Source of the DNA: Balanoglossus misakiensis
Lineage: Eukaryota > Animalia > Hemichordata
Assembly (NCBI GenBank): GCA_040954595.2
Contig: CM082584.2
Location: 4,592,110 to 4,656,109 of the forward strand
DNA length: 64,000 bases
Reading direction: 5' to 3'
Position numbers and translations under genes: made by a program. Under the pieces are notes generated by a model, which made no database searches, was not told where the DNA came from, and saw only the letters and a list, made by a program, of their open reading frames with translations. The first letter of the stretch is position 1, and each line of letters starts with the position of its first letter. Shown here piece by piece: positions 59,652 to 64,000 of the stretch.

Positions 59652-62600
59652 TCAGGTTTGATGTTCTGAAGATTTTCCAAGTCTTGTTTTGAAGAATGAA
59701 TTACACGGTGCAAAGTTGACAGGATTTGGTGGATGATAGGTCTGCCTAAGATCCACTTCTGTGCTACCCTTGTCATCGTTTCGTAGATCGTTTTTAATGT
59801 TACAGTTAGCAATAGTTTGTGTGTTATATTCCAGTGGATGGTCAAATTGAGCCGAAGCACCACTGTTCACCCAAAGATGTACATCTTCGCTGTTGCTGGT
59901 ATTGTCATGAAATCCAACCTGATTGTATGTGTCTGAACTACTTTTACTAGAATTGGAGTTGCTTTTCACAATCCCACCGTGATTTTCTTCAAATTCGGCC
60001 AATTTTTGTATCAACTGCTCTTTCTCCTTCAACGCCTTGGCTAACTTTTCTCTCATGTCACGCAGATCGCTTTCAAAGTTTCTTATCCGCATGTTGATAT
60101 TAGCGTCCACTTCCCGTAGTTGATAGTTTATCTTCTCGTCGATGTCTGTTTGTACAGCTATATTCACATGTTTCAGTCCAAGCACCGGCCGTCTTTTCAC
60201 AATTCCGTGGGATTTGTTATTTAACAGTGGTGTCATTTCTTGCCTGGTTGATAGATACTTTGAAATGTCATAGGAAACATCACCGCTGTCTTTTCGGTTG
60301 CGATGTTCACATAGTCTGCAATGTAAATCAAAGAAAATCCGTCTAAGATTTAAATCTTCATGGAAATTGTGGTGATTTATTTCTTTTAACTTAGACTACC
60401 GGATGAAATGCACATTGTATATGTATGTAATGAATATGGGATATATACATCCAAAATACTTTTGCAAAATGATATAATTAACTACAGATACAGTATTAAC
60501 GTCACAACACTATTGTATTAAAAAACTTGTAACATTTGTTTGAAAGAAATATTATTAATATTTATGAGCTTTAATAAAGAAAGTATGCAAAACATCATAA
60601 TTGTTTTCAGATAATTAAAATCCGAATAGAATTTAATAATAATGTAAGGTATTAAGTTATTTGAGTTTGTCAGATATACTAGTACATCTCTTACACATTT
60701 ACTATTTAAATAAAACCACACAAAAATACCTTGAGCCAATGTTTTTTAGGGGTATCTGTTGTCCTCTTGCGGAATAGGTGTTGTCTTGCATTATATTTGG
60801 TGCATGTACAGCCCTGTGCAGTCTCTGCAAAAACATCAAAATGTGACTGATTTGATAAGTTACTTGATGAAAATGTTAAACTGATTGTTTTTGTGTTACT
60901 GTAGTGTGTATACTCTTTCTGATGGTACGATTTCAGCACGACTACGTTCTATAGTGAAAGACAGGTAAGAAAGAATATGTCTCTTACCTGTGTAAGCGGA
61001 AGCCAGTTTAATTTCTTGACATCTTTTCTCCATTTGGGCACCAATATCCTCTCGACGAACCACTCAATAAGAAGTGTTAAACTTGCTATAACAATTCCCG
61101 TTGACAGCAGTATAAAAACACCGATAAAGTGACTCAAGTCCAGGGTTATTTCCTGAAAGCGAAAAATGGTTTTTATTCAAATCGTAAATAAAGACGTCAT
61201 TATGCATTGTGTCCAACAACTCAAGCATTAAAGTGCGTAGTGATGAAATGGCTTTACAACACATTTCCACTTTACAATGTACAATCAAGGACCATTTTTA
61301 TGTGGCACAGTCTTCTACCGTCCATACCTCATTACAGGTGATGTTATTGAGCCTGAATACAATTTTTCCATGAAAAGATGGGGTTCCCAAGGCTTACAGA
61401 CTTCGATAGTAGATGATGTTTTTTGAGTGGAGGTTTTATAGGATTTGTGGGATTTAAATTAAGTCAAATTCAATCAACGTTCATTCCCACATCATTGTCA
61501 AAGCAAACAAATTACCAAGTAACACTCGCTCATCTATTTCGGGACACGTTCATTTACTTTTGGCTTAGATGTGCATGGCAAAAATGTTGGAAAAACAGAC
61601 GGAATTGCAGCATTTCTTATGTATATATGGCCCACTAATACAGGTTAAATGCCAGAAACATAAGAGAAATATTGCATTTCCTTGTTTTCTAACGTTTTTT
61701 TAACCTCATATGAGTGTTCAAGTACAGGAAACAGTAGAACAAGATATATAGAGCAGTATCTCTGGCTTTATATCGCTTAATTTACAAACTCATTTCAATA
61801 TGCAACTAAGCTGTTTATTAGCATGCCACTACCATATGTCTCATACAGCGTCTGCACCATGTTTCATCCAATATGTGGCGTAATTTCAGAATTATATCAC
61901 TAATCACAACAGTTCTTTACATCTGTAAGGATTAACACCTATACGCAACACGCTGTATGGGACCGAGCAATCTGATTAAAATCAGATGGAGGGAACGGCG
62001 ACGTGGTTTTTTTATGCTGTCGTAGTGTGAGGCGACAGCATAAAAAAACACGTCACCGTTCCCTACATCTGATTTTAATCAGATTGGGGACCGAGTGCCG
62101 TGTGTGTGTGGACACACAGCGACTCAAAGGATTAATCGTCTGTGTTTACAAATGGCAAATGGTGTCTCTGAAACGTTTCCAGTTCCAGCAGTGGTCTTAT
62201 TTGCACAACACAAAAACATAGTGGTGTTATGAGGGCATGTCAACATTTTTTAAATATAGTTTTTTATGTTTGGTCACGTTTTGCACACATACATTTTCCT
62301 CTATTTTTTGTCAGTATGATACAAACCAACTTTGATTGAAAGTGTACCATTTGGGCAAAATCGTCGTGTGACGTGACACTTACTTATCGGTGACAGTTGC
62401 AAACTGAAATTTCGAATTATTTCGATTTTTACACCAACACATTTTAAGTTTAAAGTTATCATTGTTCTGATATCACACATGCATCATAGATGTTTATTGC
62501 AAATGTGCCATCGCCAGCTTTTTAACAACGCTACATCGTCCGAGTTCAGCCCTCAACCTCTGAAATGGGAAAACCGCACTTGGGTATGAAATCATTTTCT

Positions 62601-62984
62601 GGGCATTTTCAAAACATATACCGGTATTACTCTAAGGTAAAAAAAAATACGACCATTCAGTCATCACTAACAGCGTCCCTTTCTCCAATCACAGTCAACA
62701 ACAAACAAAACACAATCCTTACCCCTGTTAAACCTTTACTTTGTTTTGAACACCCGGCCGTGTTATACCACTGGCGGTGAAGTTGTTCCAAGAAGCCAGA
62801 GCTGAAATATTTGTAAATATGCAGCGACACTTCTGACGTCAGGGCTGAATTTTTCTGTAGACCAATGCCGTAGCCTTCACTCGCAAACCGCTTACCAACT
62901 AACTGCAGTTCACATTTTGGATCTGACGAGATGGTGTAATCTAATACAGCTGAATCCCATATAAATGCGTCCAACTGACGATTC
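59652..62984 (-). CDS. GRIN3: NMDA-type ionotropic glutamate receptor subunit, GluN3 class; last four coding exons (gene continues beyond the window end)
   Basis: Exons (-): 62984-62723 (S2: LDAFIWDSAVLDY...VGKRFASEGYGIGLQKNS...GFLEQLHRQWY...C), 61152-60988 (M4: LDLSHFIGVFILLSTG...), 60824-60730 and 60315-59652. The junction LTQ|RLHRAV matches GluN3A TSQRLHRAI. The C-terminal coiled coil (IRNFESDLRDMREKLAKALKEKEQL) is also GluN3-like. Confidence 0.85.
61959..62095. mobile_element. Near-perfect foldback element with 9-bp TSD GGGACCGAG
   Basis: Element 61968-62086 (CAATCTGATTAAAATCAGATG...CATCTGATTTTAATCAGATTG); TSD at 61959-61967 and 62087-62095. Confidence 0.85.
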
Positions 62985-63281
62985 CTGGAAGTCAGAAAAT
63001 TCCACGTTAATAAATAGTTAAAGATTCCAATCAGAGGGAACTTAGAATCCGATATTCTCCAGGTATTTGTTTGGTAGTGTTTGAGTGTATGTTCGGTCAC
63101 AGTGTGCAATTGCTTTCATTAGGGGCCCAAGAACCCCCTTCCTCTATTTATATTGCTAGAGTTCATCTTTCTTCTTGTATCAATTATGTGTTCCTCTATA
63201 CTTCAAAAACAACTGATTTATTGATAGAAATTTAAGGGCCGCCCAACACATTCACTACATTTTGTATTTCATGCAGGTGTA

Positions 63282-63282
<1 letters not shown>

Positions 63283-63370
<88 letters not shown>

Positions 63371-63395
63371 GGGTTGGTTGATTGGTTGGTTGATG
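63283..63395. repeat. (GATT)n microsatellite in a GRIN3 intron
   Basis: Directly visible. Confidence 0.95.
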
Positions 63396-64000
63396 GATCG
63401 CAATTTAAGGGCCGTCGAATACATTAACTAAGCAGAACTTTATTTCCCAATTATTACACTTCAAATTTTCCTGCTTTCACACCAGCAAAATTATGTATTC
63501 AGTGTTAGGCATTGCTTGATCAGAAATTGAAACCTGATTTAATGTTGGAACACTTTTCCTGGATCATAGCCGAGTTAATCTTTTTAGTACGTCATAATGC
63601 TTTCACATCTGTCTGTTTGAAAAACCCCATAGGTATTAGATGTTACCTTGGAAAATTTTGTGGCTATGTTCATAATTGTAATTAAACTGAAGAGAAGAAT
63701 GTACGAGTTATTGAGTCATTGTTTTTGTCAATGGAGCTCTGACTATGGCTCCGATAGAAAAACCGTTTTGCCTATACTTTTTGTATATTCATTTCTGTAT
63801 CTCACTTTTAAGTTACATGATTGTGTACAGATGACGGCTTTGCAATTTCAATAGATTATACTAATGTCGATTATGGGTCTGTCAGACATGAAGTCAAGCA
63901 TTGTGTTCTTCTAAGAAAAATGAAATCAAAAGATTTCAGATAAACGCCATTCATCAAAACAGAGCGTCTATTATAGGAAATTTGCAATGTTCTCCGACAG

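Noticed and set aside
59337-59654. Possible stop-codon readthrough or selenocysteine at the GRIN3 TGA
   Set aside because: Another in-frame stop follows 11 codons later; no readthrough context or SECIS recognised.
60706-60987. Alternative GRIN3 continuation through a 39-nt intron into ORF 60706-60939
   Set aside because: The intron is implausibly short. The acceptor at 60825 gives the conserved RLHRA motif and the correct phase for the last exon.

Overview
AT-rich, intron-containing animal genomic DNA. It is probably a marine invertebrate deuterostome, but that is an impression from gene and repeat style only. I rebuilt the exon structures by hand from splice sites and reading-frame continuity. 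Genes in order: (1) an SSUH2 homolog (+, 5' end outside the window, 10 exons seen, one GC-AG intron, C-terminal CaaX box); (2) an F-box/LRR gene with a single coding exon (-), head-to-head with (3) REXO1 (+, 14 exons); (4) EIF2B3 (+, 11 exons); (5) an intronless glycine N-acyltransferase-like GNAT gene (-) next to a truncated, mosaic pseudogene copy; (6) the last four coding exons of a GluN3-type NMDA receptor subunit (-). Introns and intergenic DNA hold many short non-autonomous DNA transposons (TA-, TWA-, TTAA- and 9-bp-TSD types), palindromes without a TSD, and microsatellites. I found no CRISPR array, rRNA, tRNA or intact transposase, and no clearly new multi-gene system. The best leads are a GluN3 subunit with a GluN1-type FIWDS glycine-pocket motif, an inverted-repeat pair around REXO1 exons 2-5 (circRNA geometry), the mosaic GNAT pseudogene with near-compensating frameshifts, a nested MITE with an empty-site control inside the window, and two 9-bp-TSD foldback elements.
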